This document shows, in pieces, positions 48,360-57,139 of a stretch of 58,934 nt of DNA. The stretch comes from Polaromonas sp. GTDB lineage: Bacteria; Pseudomonadota; Gammaproteobacteria; Burkholderiales; Burkholderiaceae_C. The notes under the pieces were generated by a model. That model worked only from the letters and a program-made list of their open reading frames with translations. It was not told the origin of the DNA and did no database searches. Numbering within the stretch: the first letter of the stretch is position 1; each line of letters begins with the position of its first letter. Position numbers and translations under genes: made by a program. The stretch spans positions 1-58,934 of the forward strand of contig JAYVGI010000171.1 of NCBI GenBank assembly GCA_043772355.1, written 5' to 3'.

Positions 48360-49783
48360 TAATGCCTTTGGCAATGCGTTGGGGAGCAGCTGGGGTGAGC
48401 AGATCAATGCCAGTGTGCAAGAGGGGAAACTGGCGCAGGTGAATGCGGAGAACCAGCGGGAGGCCAACCGGTTTGCTTCGGGGGCGCAGGCGAATGCGGC
48501 GTATGCCAGCAGCAATCGCTTTGCCGCGATAGATGCGATGGCCGCAGGCGCTTCGGGTTATGAGTTCACGCCTGATATGAGCCCAGAAAACGCCAGGGCG
48601 CTGCGCCAGACCATGGGATTGAATGTCAATGATCTGAATGAGCCGGTGTTGGTGGCGGGGGGCGAGGGTTTTGTCGTTAGGGAGCGGTAAATTGCATGTG
48701 TTGCCGGTTGGTCGAACAACCTTTTTGGACGATACCGGCGACTCTTCCACCCTTGATCAGCTCAAAAAGCTTCAATCAGAAATAGGCGCACTGAAAAACG
48801 CACAACGACTGCGTAACGAAAAAGCCAATACAGAGCTGGGCTTGAAACTTGACCGTCTATCGCCGATTACGAAGGGCAGCTACGGCGATGAAATGCCCTT
48901 TGACGTAGGCTATGTAGACAACACCACGCCGCAGCCCGGTGCCTCCAGCGGCACGGGCCTGAGCCTGAGCTCGCGCACAGGCTTTAACCTGCAAAGCAGC
49001 GGCCAAGGTCTGTATACCAACGGTGGGCCACTGGACAACTTTGGCAGAGGCTTTAGCGGTAGCAATAGCTGGAGCGTGCTGGAGGGCGATCAACCCATCT
49101 CCTACACCATAGGCAGCGGCCTGCGCTCTGGGCTGGGCCTGTTCGTCGGCGAAGAAGACTTCCACCAAGCAGGCCAAGCCTGGCAACGCGGCGAGTATGG
49201 CTCGGCATCAATGTACGCGCTGCGAGGCGCTGGCGCGGCTGGATTGACAGTGGCGACAGCGGGGCAGTTTGCACTGGCTAAGGCTGGGATGTCGGGGGTG
49301 GTGGGCGGGACGGGGTTGCGGGCTAGTGCAGCTTCCGGAGGTGTGGCCCATCCGCTTGCAGGCATGGCTCCAACGGACGTTATCAATTCGGTGCAGCAAT
49401 TAGGCCTTCAAACGGGGCGCGACGAATTGCTCTTATGGTCGGGCTTAGGCCGAGGCCGTGAAGGCATCATTCGCTCTCAGGAGTACGCAGCACAGAATGG
49501 TGGCCGTACATTAGAGATGACACCAGGAGGCAAATGGCTAGACAGTATGGATCTATATGGCGCGCATTCGCCCTTTACTCGTTCTGAAGCGGATCATATA
49601 TGGGGCTCAGTGTCTAAATCGTTAGTCGAACAAGCTAGCGGCCAAGTGCGCGCGTTGCAAGGCCAAGTAAGGCCAACTAGCGTATTTCGCCAGATAGAAT
49701 TACCCGCGCTGCAAGCAAACCCTAACATCTTGGGATTAGACCCTGTACGACTTAAACCTGCTTATCAATTTGGAAGAAACTAA
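48360..49783 (+). pseudogene. Orphan polymorphic-toxin module 2 (junction motif + linker + ADP-ribosyl-cyclase/CD38-like C-terminal domain), frameshifted
   Basis: Begins directly after the immunity stop with (D)AFGNALGSSWGEQINASVQEGKL; there are 32 identical nt to 46473-46504. The frame-1 stop is at 48688-48690, and reading continues in frame 2 (ORF 48638..49783). A G6 run lies at 48657-48662. The C-terminus is LLLWSG...RTLEMTPGG...HIWGSVSKSLVEQASGQV...SVFRQIELP. Confidence 0.7.
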
Positions 49784-49784
49784 T

Positions 49785-50084
49785 ATGTTTACTTGGCTCA
49801 ATAAACAAGGTGTGCGCAGTGAACGCGGATTCGAAGTTCAATTTACTGGGCGTTTCGATGCCGAGTATCGGGAAGAAAGAAAATGCGTTTCTTTCCAAGT
49901 TGAGGCTGGTTTGAGTGGTGGGCTGCAATGCATCATTGTTGACCCTCACATTTTCGAGCACTGGGATGGCGGCGCCGTAGTTGAAAATATCTCGCCACTT
50001 CAACAATCTCAGATGTTTCAAAATCTGCGAGAAGCTATGGAATTTCAAGGATTAAAGTTAGTGGTGGAAAAAGCCGAGAGCTGA
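49785..50084 (+). CDS. Putative immunity protein for module 2
   Basis: The ATG lies 2 nt after the toxin stop. 99 aa, low GC: MFTWLNKQGVRSERGFEVQFTGRFDAEYREERKCVSFQVE... Assignment is by position only. Confidence 0.5.
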   Translation: MFTWLNKQGVRSERGFEVQFTGRFDAEYREERKCVSFQVEAGLSGGLQCIIVDPHIFEHWDGGAVVENISPLQQSQMFQNLREAMEFQGLKLVVEKAES

Positions 50085-50090
50085 AAACGC

Positions 50091-50119
50091 TCGCAATCGC
50101 AATCGCAATCGCAATCGCA
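50091..50119. repeat. (TCGCAA)4-5 hexanucleotide microsatellite
   Basis: tcgcaatcgcaatcgcaatcgcaatcgca, read directly from the sequence. Confidence 0.9.
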
Positions 50120-50180
50120 CACAAGGATCACTCATTTCCCATTTTGATGCGCTCCAGCAAGGGGTCGCAAGCACAAGCAA

Positions 50181-50336
50181 GGACCACGAGGGTCACAAGG
50201 ACCACGAGGGTCAAGTCTCCCATTTCCCATTTTGATGCAGTCAACTCGCTATCAGCATAAGCGCTGCAAATCATTTCCTACACCGACTACGCTATTTATT
50301 ACGTAGCTTCTCCCACAATATTTTAAATGGCTACAA
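50181..50336 (+). repeat. Island composite repeat, type A (gaccacgagggtc tandem + gtcaagtctcccatttcccattt + ...gcataagcgctgcaa... + ATAGCTGCT-type unit)
   Basis: 50205-50336 aligns with 57266-57400 along its whole length. Confidence 0.75.
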
Positions 50337-50499
50337 GACCACCAGCATAAAAAAATCGGCTCGATAATCGGCGAATTTGTGCGCTTTTACGCCGCCGCCA
50401 ATAGCCTGCAGCCCAATAGATAATTGCGCAAGCATCTACTGAATATGTAGTGAGTGAGTGAGTCGCACTGTGCGACCACCTCAGCGCGTACAGTTTGCG

Positions 50500-50943
50500 C
50501 TACTTGGTGTGGGAAGGCTTGACAGCTGTGGTCTTCTTTGCTGCACTCAGCACTTTGGCCTTGGGTTTGACCACCTCTTTGGGATGCACAAAGCCAATCG
50601 GCCTTTTATGCGCCACAGGCGCGGCCAGCAACTGGCGCATGGAATCGATCAACTCCGCAATCGCCTGGTCATGTTTGCTTACTTTGCGCTCCAGCAAATG
50701 CAGCTTGTTGGACAGCTCCCGGTTCGTTGCCAGCATGCTGCGCAGTTGCACAAACGCCTGCACTACGTAGATGCTCAACTCTGTGGCACGCGGTGAATTG
50801 AGCACCATCGATGCCATGATCGCGCCATGCTCTGTGAACGCCATAGGTGCATAACGGCGACCACCCCGGCCATCGGGCTGGCGGCAGATAAAGCCTGCAA
50901 AAACGGTACAGCTCAGGCATTTATTGCTCAGTAAACTATGCAT
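50500..50943 (-). pseudogene. 5'-truncated ORF6N-domain (KilA-N-related) protein gene
   Basis: From ...GGRRYAPMAFTEHGAIMASMVLNSPRATELSIYVVQAFVQLRSML onward it matches the C-terminal two thirds of ORF6N proteins. The N-terminal DNA-binding part is absent and the first 25 codons or so look unrelated. Confidence 0.55.
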
Positions 50944-50953
50944 CGCTTCGCAA

Positions 50954-51352
50954 CTAAGCTGGCCAAATACTGTGCACCTGCAGGTCTGTCACTCGCTTGA
51001 AATCATCGACATTACCCGTCAATAAGCCAATACCTTGCACAATGGCGGACGCGGCAATGACTGCGTCGGGCAGCTTCAAGCCAAACTGCTTGCGTATGCG
51101 TATGGTGTCTTGCACCACTGCCTCAGTCAATGGTATCTCGTGCAACTTGCTCAGCAACTGGCCCATTTGCTGCAACGTGATGTCGCTGTAGCCCTTCCAG
51201 CCCAGCACCTCAATGCGCGTGATCACGCTGATGTAGGCATTTTTGGCATCCATCGCTTGTCGCACAGATGCCTTCACCTGGGCAGACAGGGTGCCCTGTA
51301 AGTTGTAAATCAAAACATTGGTGTCTAGCAGCAAAGGCATAGAGTGAGCCAT
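50954..51352 (-). CDS. vapC: PIN-domain toxin (VapC-like)
   Basis: ORF 50954..51376. The ATG at 51352 overlaps the antitoxin stop (TAATG). MAHSMPLLLDTNVLIY... and ...DAVIAASAIVQGIGLLTGNVDDF show a typical PIN acidic-residue pattern. Confidence 0.85.
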   Translation of the reverse strand: MAHSMPLLLDTNVLIYNLQGTLSAQVKASVRQAMDAKNAYISVITRIEVLGWKGYSDITLQQMGQLLSKLHEIPLTEAVVQDTIRIRKQFGLKLPDAVIAASAIVQGIGLLTGNVDDFKRVTDLQVHSIWPA

Positions 51353-51609
51353 TACACACCCAGGGGTCGATCCCATTCAGCACGCATAGCGGCTAGCTGG
51401 GCATCAATATCTGCGCGGCTGGCGTGGCCTAAAGCACCGCTTAGCTGTTCAAACAGGCTGTAGGCATCGGACGGTGCATTTTGTGCCGGTGTAGTTAGCG
51501 CATTAGTGTCTACCACCACGATGACTTCATGGCGTTCTGGCAGGGCAGGCGGCTGTCCTAGCCAAATAAGCTGTGATCCTTCAAGCTGTGCTTTGTAAGT
51601 CTGCAACAT
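51352..51609 (-). CDS. Cognate antitoxin (DUF104-like N-terminus)
   Basis: 85 aa. MLQTYKAQLEGSQLIWLGQPPALPERHEVIVVV... Translationally coupled to the PIN gene. Confidence 0.6.
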   Translation of the reverse strand: MLQTYKAQLEGSQLIWLGQPPALPERHEVIVVVDTNALTTPAQNAPSDAYSLFEQLSGALGHASRADIDAQLAAMRAEWDRPLGV

Positions 51610-51740
51610 GATGCACTCCGTGGTTTATCAAAACATTCAATATCTATCTATTGTAGGCATGCAGTGCAGTTTAGGAGCATTTAGTGTGTCGGCACAGACT
51701 ATTTGCCCAACAAAACAGCCGATAGTCTTGGTATTGACAC

Positions 51741-52018
51741 ACAAGGGTCAGGTCTTGAAATGCAACATCGCAGGACCACGAGGGTCGGACCACGAGAGTC
51801 AAGTCTCCCGTTTCCCATTTCTACGTAATCAGTTTTCGACTGATGCGCAAGCATCTGGTCAATCCATCTTGACTGAGAGCAGTCAAAAATCGAGGTTAGA
51901 TGAAGTTAAACCTGATACCCAACGCATCTTCGTTGGCATGTAATAGTGCAGCTAAAGACGATACCGTATTTGCTACTAACTCCATAGCTTTTCCCGCTAT
52001 ATTCTATTGGGCTACAGC
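51741..52018 (+). repeat. Island composite repeat, type B (full-length reference copy)
   Basis: acaagggtcaggtcttgaaatgcaacatcg + gaccacgag tandem + gtcaagtctcccgtttcccatttctacgtaatcag... + aaaaatcgaggttagatgaagttaaacctgatacc... + ATAGCTGCT-type unit (51967-52018). Its halves recur separately at 57140-57260 and 56866-56994. Confidence 0.75.
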
Positions 52019-52139
52019 CCGATGTATCTCTAAAAATAATCAAAAAATAGATAGATGGGCAACCAAAACCCAATTTCCAGACCGCCAGAGCATCAGCCCA
52101 TGGAATCGCATTTCCAGGCCCCACAGAAATCCCAAACGT

Positions 52140-52562
52140 CTAGTGGTGAGCAGGCTCTTGCAGCAACAGCGCTGTGAACCCCGCTTGGCTAAAGTGGTGG
52201 TCAGCGGCCAAAGCGTGTGTGATGCCTCGCTCGCGCATCAGCTCAAAACTGGCGCAGTCGCACAGGCTCCAGTCTTTGTCATGGTGCTGCGCAAACAAGG
52301 CAATGGCTTTGTCCCGCAGGGTCGCGGTGATGGGTGCGGTTTCAATCGACAGGTCGTGCAGTAAGGTGTGGATGATGGCGCTGCCCACAGCGCGGTTAGC
52401 CGCTTTAGAAAACGCCGCGCCCACCTCAAACACCACTGCCTCGGTGGTCAATAGCGGGCAACGCTCACGCTGTATCTGGCTTTGCAGCGCAGCCGCTTGC
52501 GCATGGTAGGTGTCTTTCGGCGAGAACAGGGCAATCAAAAACCCTGTATCTAAAAACCACAT
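52140..52562 (-). CDS. vapC: PIN-domain toxin (VapC-like)
   Basis: 140 aa. MWFLDTGFLIALFSPKD... The start overlaps the antitoxin stop by 1 nt. Confidence 0.85.
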   Translation of the reverse strand: MWFLDTGFLIALFSPKDTYHAQAAALQSQIQRERCPLLTTEAVVFEVGAAFSKAANRAVGSAIIHTLLHDLSIETAPITATLRDKAIALFAQHHDKDWSLCDCASFELMRERGITHALAADHHFSQAGFTALLLQEPAHH

Positions 52563-52777
52563 CAGCGCAGCACCTGTTCAAAGTTGACCGAGTAGTCGGC
52601 AGGCGCATCAATGCGCATGGTGGAGGCCAGCTCCCACAGGCTAGGCACGGTGGTGTTGGCAGCCTGCGCGGGCCGCACAATCACCTCAACCTCTTCGCCA
52701 GGCACCAAGCGCGCGTCTACAAGATGCACGGCATGGTGTGCATCGACCCGGATTCGTTCGCTAATCACAGCATTCAT
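52562..52777 (-). CDS. Cognate antitoxin (DUF104-like)
   Basis: 71 aa. MNAVISERIRVDAHHAVHLVDARLVPGEEVEVIVRP... Coupled to the PIN gene. Confidence 0.6.
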   Translation of the reverse strand: MNAVISERIRVDAHHAVHLVDARLVPGEEVEVIVRPAQAANTTVPSLWELASTMRIDAPADYSVNFEQVLR

Positions 52778-52884
52778 GGCATTCCTTTGCAGCGCGGTGC
52801 GCCAGTAAACGCCATTGTAGGTGCAGCGTGTAGTGGGTGCAGGTTGGATGGGTTGCTTTGCCTGTTTACCCTATGATGCTAGTC

Positions 52885-52932
52885 GCTATTTATTCAGTAG
52901 CTGCTACCGCACAATTTTATTGGTCTGCAGCC
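52885..52932 (+). repeat. ATAGCTGCT-type dispersed repeat copy
   Basis: gctatttattcagtagctgctaccgcacaattttattggtctgcagcc. Confidence 0.7.
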
Positions 52933-53057
52933 CCATAGACACCTTAAAAACAGCTCCCGCACGGTCGTATTAGCAGTTCAAAACCGATTTTCGAGTCTCC
53001 TGCGCCCTCGGAAGCCTCAAAATTGACCATTTTCAGCCCTTTTCAAGATGCAAATCC

Positions 53058-53104
53058 GCCTGTAGTCCAATGGAATATTGCGAGAGCAGCTACGCAATAC
53101 ATAG
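53058..53104 (-). repeat. ATAGCTGCT-type dispersed repeat copy
   Basis: The reverse complement is ctatgtattgcgtagctgctctcgcaatattccattggactacaggc. Confidence 0.7.
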
Positions 53105-53120
53105 CATTTATTTTCAATGA

Positions 53121-56100
53121 GGAGGCTACTATAGTAGCACCACCGAGTCCAGCCAGCCCCTCTACGGCCCCAGCTACAGCGCCACCCAAGGCCAGGCCAC
53201 CGAGACCTACAGCTACGACGCGCTGAACCGCCTGAGCACCGTCACCCGCGACGGCACCTTGGTAGACACCCGCGTCTACGACGGCGCAGACCGCGTGGTG
53301 CAGACCGGCCCGGCTGGAACACTGAGCCAAGCCTACGTCAACGCCCTGTACGGCACCAACGCCGCAGGCAGCGCCAACCCCGGCAACGGCTCAGAGACCC
53401 GCGTCAACCGCTTTGACGACAACGGCCGCTTGCTCACCCAAGTCGTCTACAGCGCAGACAACACCCTGAGAAACGTCATCAACTATCAAGGCGGCTACGA
53501 CGGCGCAGGCAACCTGACTGCCTACACCCTGGAGAACTACGAGTCCAGCCGCTACAACAACCACTACACCATGGCCCTGCAGCGGGCAGGCACCTACCAA
53601 CAAGCCTCCACCAGCGGCACCAGCACCCTGTTCACCCCCGGCACCAGCCGCAGCCACTACGACGTCAACGGCAACCTCACCGCCATCACCGACGACACCA
53701 AAGGCGAGAACAACCGCAGCTTTGTCAACGACATCAGCGGCAAAGCCCTGCAGGTCAGCCAAAGCGGCAATGTGCAGCGCCAACTGGTGGTGGGCGGCGA
53801 AGTATTGGCCCGCTACGGCGTGGGCATTGACGAAGTCAACCCCCGCGACTCCAGCGGCAACCCCAACTTCGCCCCCATCGGCACCAGCAGCGGGGGCAGC
53901 GTCATCGGCGCCATCCCCGGCCAGGTGAGAAACGGGGCCGACTTTAACTTTGGCTACCAGCCCATCAACGGCAACTACCCCAACGCCAGCGCAGGCAGCT
54001 ACCAGGTAGCCACTGGCGACACCCTGCAGACGATTGCCCAAGGGGCCTACGGCGACAGCAGCCTGTGGTACCGCATAGCGGATGCCAACGGCCTGAGCGG
54101 CAACAGCGACCTGCGCGTGGGCCAAACCCTGAGCATCCCCAACCGGGTAGGCACTCTGCACAACTACGGGGCCAACAGCGCCGTGGGGGGTGCAGGCAGT
54201 ACCGGCAGCTTCAAGCCCTATGACCCGAGCAAGGTGCAAGGCGACAGCACGCCGAACCTGCCTGGGGCCAGTGGCGGGGAGGATGATGGCTGTGGCGGGA
54301 TGGGGCAGATCTTGGTGATCATTGTGGCGATTGTGGTCACGGTGTATACGGCGGGTGCGTTTGCGGCAGCCAGTGGTGGCCTTACGGGTGCGGCGGCAGG
54401 GGCCACCGCTGCTGCCGCAGGTGGTGGAGCCGCAGGCACCTTTGCTGCTGGTGCAGCCGCATTGGGCGGCACCTATGGCGCAGGCGTTGCAGTGGCGGCA
54501 GGTGTGATCGGCGGCATCGCAGGCTCGGTGGTCAGCCAAGGCGTAGGCATCGCCATCGGCGTACAAACCGAGTTCAGCTGGAAAGGCGTAGCCCTGGCCG
54601 CCATTGGCGGTGCCGTCTCGGGTGGGCTAGCAGGAAGTGGCGCATTTGCCGGTGCGGGCCTGGGCAGCGTCATCACCCGCGCAGCGGTAGGCAACGCCCT
54701 GACTCAGGGCATAGCCGTTGTCACCGGCTTGCAAGACAAATTCAGCTGGAAAGGCGTGGCCGCCGCAGCCGTAGGCGCAGGCGTGAGCTTTGGGGTGAGC
54801 GAAGCCCTGAGCGCAGCCAACAACGGTGCGGGTGCCTTTAGCAGCTTGGGCGAGGTTGGCGGCAAGCTGGCCCGCGCCAGTCTGACAGGCTTTGCCGCAG
54901 GCCTGGCCACCGCAGCCGCACGCGGCGGCAGGGTCAGCATCACGCAGGTGGCCACCGATGCCTTCGGCCAGGCGCTGGGCGAGAGCTTTAAGGACGGGCT
55001 GGTGAGTGCGGGGCAGCAGGAGATGGCGCTACGGGATGCGCACAGTGAGAACCAGCGGCAGGCGAACCGCTTTGCTTCGGGGGCGGCTACAAACTTGGCC
55101 AATTCACCTGGCGCTGCAAGCCAAGCGACTGCGCTGGCGCAGGATGAGTTGTTGGGTGGGGGCAATATACGAGCCAGAGGACTCACGGCAGCGGACTTCG
55201 CCAGCGGCACCCAGTTTGACGACGGTGCAGGTGCAATGAACCAAGACTGGGAAGACAGAATGGCTGTGAACTACGGTTCAAAGCCGCAAAACGCACTTTA
55301 TCGTCCTGGTGAGGAAGATGCGGCTCTTATCCAAGTCGCTGATAAATCCAATGGTAAATCGATACCCTTAGACACTGAGAGCGCGAAATTTGGAATTGTG
55401 CGGGATAAACCAGGCGAATACGTCAAGCAAGTGAAAGACCTCCTGAAATCTGCTCCAGATAGTGCCTCCACAGCTGTAACAGAGGAGTTGGTCGAGAAAT
55501 ACGGAAAAGACCTTAAGGGACTCGTGAAGCAGGGAGTTGGAAGTTCGATGACTGGTTCGTCAAAGGCCGACGGGTTTGCTAACAATAGCTACGACATTCG
55601 ACCATACCCTGAAGAAGCGTTGAACAATACAAGCAATTTAACGTACCATAAGTATGGGCTCATAACTTATCTTGGCCCGGTTGATCAAGAGCTGGGTATC
55701 GATAAAGAATTTGTGCGTAAAGAGGTACTTGAAAAGCGCTACGGTTTTCCCGGCAAGAACCTTGAGCCTGCGCCTGCAAACATCGGTGGAAATTCAGTAG
55801 TATTTGCAGTTCCTGTAGGCAACGTGATTCCTTCTTCTAAACTAGATAATCCAAATAACTATACCTACCCAATAGGCGTAATTACTCAGGAGCGCGTGCC
55901 CGACGGCATTGTTAATATTACGACTGAAAAACATGATGTGTATCCTGGTACGATTAGGCGCACAGTTGTTGAGGTCGACGGCCATTTATTTATGTATACG
56001 AGTGGTGCTGGCGAGAACCGTTATAACAACGAAGGACTCAACGTTCGGCAACCAGCAGAGGGCCTTGCTGGGCAGGGTTTTGCACAACTGGTGACCCGAT

Positions 56101-56201
56101 ACGCAGCGGCTGCCGGTAACGATAACTATGGGCCGCTGGCTTTCAGAGCGCTGGATCGACAAGCGGTTGGGTATCTGAACACGATAAGGGCTAAACGTTG
56201 A
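53121..56201 (+). CDS. Polymorphic toxin, longest copy (YD repeats - LysM - Cys/TM helix - Gly/Ala-rich FxWKGVA repeats - DAFGQALG junction - unassigned C-terminal domain); 5'-truncated, no ATG/RBS
   Basis: The frame is open from 53121 (stop TGA at 53118-53120). Homologous YD sequence (YSYDALNRLSTVTRDGTLVDTRVYDGADRVVQT) begins about 53200, directly after dispersed repeats. The ORF track starts at a TTG at 53259. LysM: YQVATGDTLQTIAQGAYGDSSLWYRIADANGLSGNSDLRVGQTLSIP. Whether it is expressed is uncertain. Confidence 0.75.
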   Translation, partial: GGYYSSTTESSQPLYGPSYSATQGQATETYSYDALNRLSTVTRDGTLVDTRVYDGADRVVQTGPAGTLSQAYVNALYGTNAAGSANPGNGSETRVNRFDDNGRLLTQVVYSADNTLRNVINYQGGYDGAGNLTAYTLENYESSRYNNHYTMALQRAGTYQQASTSGTSTLFTPGTSRSHYDVNGNLTAITDDTKGENNRSFVNDISGKALQVSQSGNVQRQLVVGGEVLARYGVGIDEVNPRDSSGNPNFAPIGTSSGGSVIGAIPGQVRNGADFNFGYQPINGNYPNASAGSYQVATGDTLQTIAQGAYGDSSLWYRIADANGLSGNSDLRVGQTLSIPNRVGTLHNYGANSAVGGAGSTGSFKPYDPSKVQGDSTPNLPGASGGEDDGCGGMGQILVIIVAIVVTVYTAGAFAAASGGLTGAAAGATAAAAGGGAAGTFAAGAAALGGTYGAGVAVAAGVIGGIAGSVVSQGVGIAIGVQTEFSWKGVALAAIGGAVSGGLAGSGAFAGAGLGSVITRAAVGNALTQGIAVVTGLQDKFSWKGVAAAAVGAGVSFGVSEALSAANNGAGAFSSLGEVGGKLARASLTGFAAGLATAAARGGRVSITQVATDAFGQALGESFKDGLVSAGQQEMALRDAHSENQRQANRFASGAATNLANSPGAASQATALAQDELLGGGNIRARGLTAADFASGTQFDDGAGAMNQDWEDRMAVNYGSKPQNALYRPGEEDAALIQVADKSNGKSIPLDTESAKFGIVRDKPGEYVKQVKDLLKSAPDSASTAVTEELVEKYGKDLKGLVKQGVGSSMTGSSKADGFANNSYDIRPYPEEALNNTSNLTYHKYGLITYLGPVDQELGIDKEFVRKEVLEKRYGFPGKNLEPAPANIGGNSVVFAVPVGNVIPSSKLDNPNNYTYPIGVITQERVPDGIVNITTEKHDVYPGTIRRTVVEVDGHLFMYTSGAGENRYNNEGLNVRQPAEGLAGQGFAQLVTRYAAAAGNDNYGPLAFRALDRQAVGYLNTIRAKR

Positions 56202-56224
56202 TGAGAGCTAAACAAGGAAATATT

Positions 56225-56800
56225 ATGATGCCTCTCGACAAAAAAACTGTCACGGTATTGGTTTGTCTTTTTTCGTTTATTTGGACTGGATGTATGGCAC
56301 TTGAACAAAAGTCAACTGATTCGGCGATCAAGCTCGTCAAACGCATGAAAATTGAGGAGATGATTATTTTTGGTTTTAAAAGACCATTTCTAGTTGGCCT
56401 TCAAGCGGTAACAAAAGAAAATTTAGATGCGCAACGTTATATGGCATGCCTCGACAGTGTAGATCGCACCACGATGAGAGCTGGTATTGCGGAGAGAATT
56501 GTTGAAAAGTTTACTGCTTCAGAGCTTTTAGATGCTCTGCAGTTTTACGACAGTGAGGCAGGTGAGAAATTTGTTTTGCGTACAAACGCGCTAGTTCTGA
56601 GGGAGATGGGTATTTCTCAAACTCCGAATCTACCTGTGGAAGAGTTAGATGACATTGCGAGGAGTCGAGTTGAGAGTTTTAAGCGTAGTCCTGTAGGAAA
56701 AAAAATTGAGGCCGAAGGATTTTTCAGTTCCTCAGAATACCTCCTACCAGGGCTTCAAATCATGCAAAAAAGAATTGAGTGGTGCCAATCGCAACCATAA
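56225..56800 (+). CDS. DUF2059-like lipoprotein, putative periplasmic immunity protein for the 53121..56201 toxin
   Basis: ORF 56198..56800. The ATG at 56225 follows aaggaaa. Signal and lipobox MMPLDKKTVTVLVCLFSFIWTGC. The segment EKFTASELLDALQFYDSEAGEKF resembles the DUF2059 signature (f.T.eEL..l..FY.Sp.G.K). Low GC. Confidence 0.55.
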   Translation: MMPLDKKTVTVLVCLFSFIWTGCMALEQKSTDSAIKLVKRMKIEEMIIFGFKRPFLVGLQAVTKENLDAQRYMACLDSVDRTTMRAGIAERIVEKFTASELLDALQFYDSEAGEKFVLRTNALVLREMGISQTPNLPVEELDDIARSRVESFKRSPVGKKIEAEGFFSSSEYLLPGLQIMQKRIEWCQSQP

Positions 56801-56865
56801 TAAGAGCCTGACGCAAGCACTCAGAGCGATCAGTTTGGTATATGCGACGGTAGACTAAGGAGGCG

Positions 56866-56994
56866 TAAGTGGGGTCGGATCAAATAAAAACTGATACCTA
56901 GCGTGTGTTCGCTGACATGCAAGAACGCGGTAAAAGGGTTGTAACCGCTACTAACTAAATAGCTGCTACCGCAATAGTTCATTGGGCTAGAGGC
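56866..56994 (+). repeat. Island composite repeat type B, 3' half only (with ATAGCTGCT-type unit 56947-56994)
   Basis: ggggtcggatcaaataaaaactgatacctagcg...gctactaactaaatagctgctaccgc aligns with 51893-52018. Confidence 0.7.
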
Positions 56995-57028
56995 ATATAT
57001 TGTCGGTAAATTCAGCCTCCCGTCCGGT

Positions 57029-57137
57029 GCAGCACCAGCAGCAACGGCGTAGTCACCGGCACCATCCCCGGCCAAACGCGCAACGGGGCCGACTTCAACT
57101 TTGGCTACCAGCCCATCAACGGCAACTACCCCAGCAG
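57029..57137 (+). pseudogene. Toxin-gene fragment of about 110 nt (…GTIPGQTRNGADFNFGYQPINGNYPSS)
   Basis: Aligns with 53880-53990 of the long copy. It is bounded on both sides by island repeats. Confidence 0.7.
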
Positions 57138-57139
57138 CC

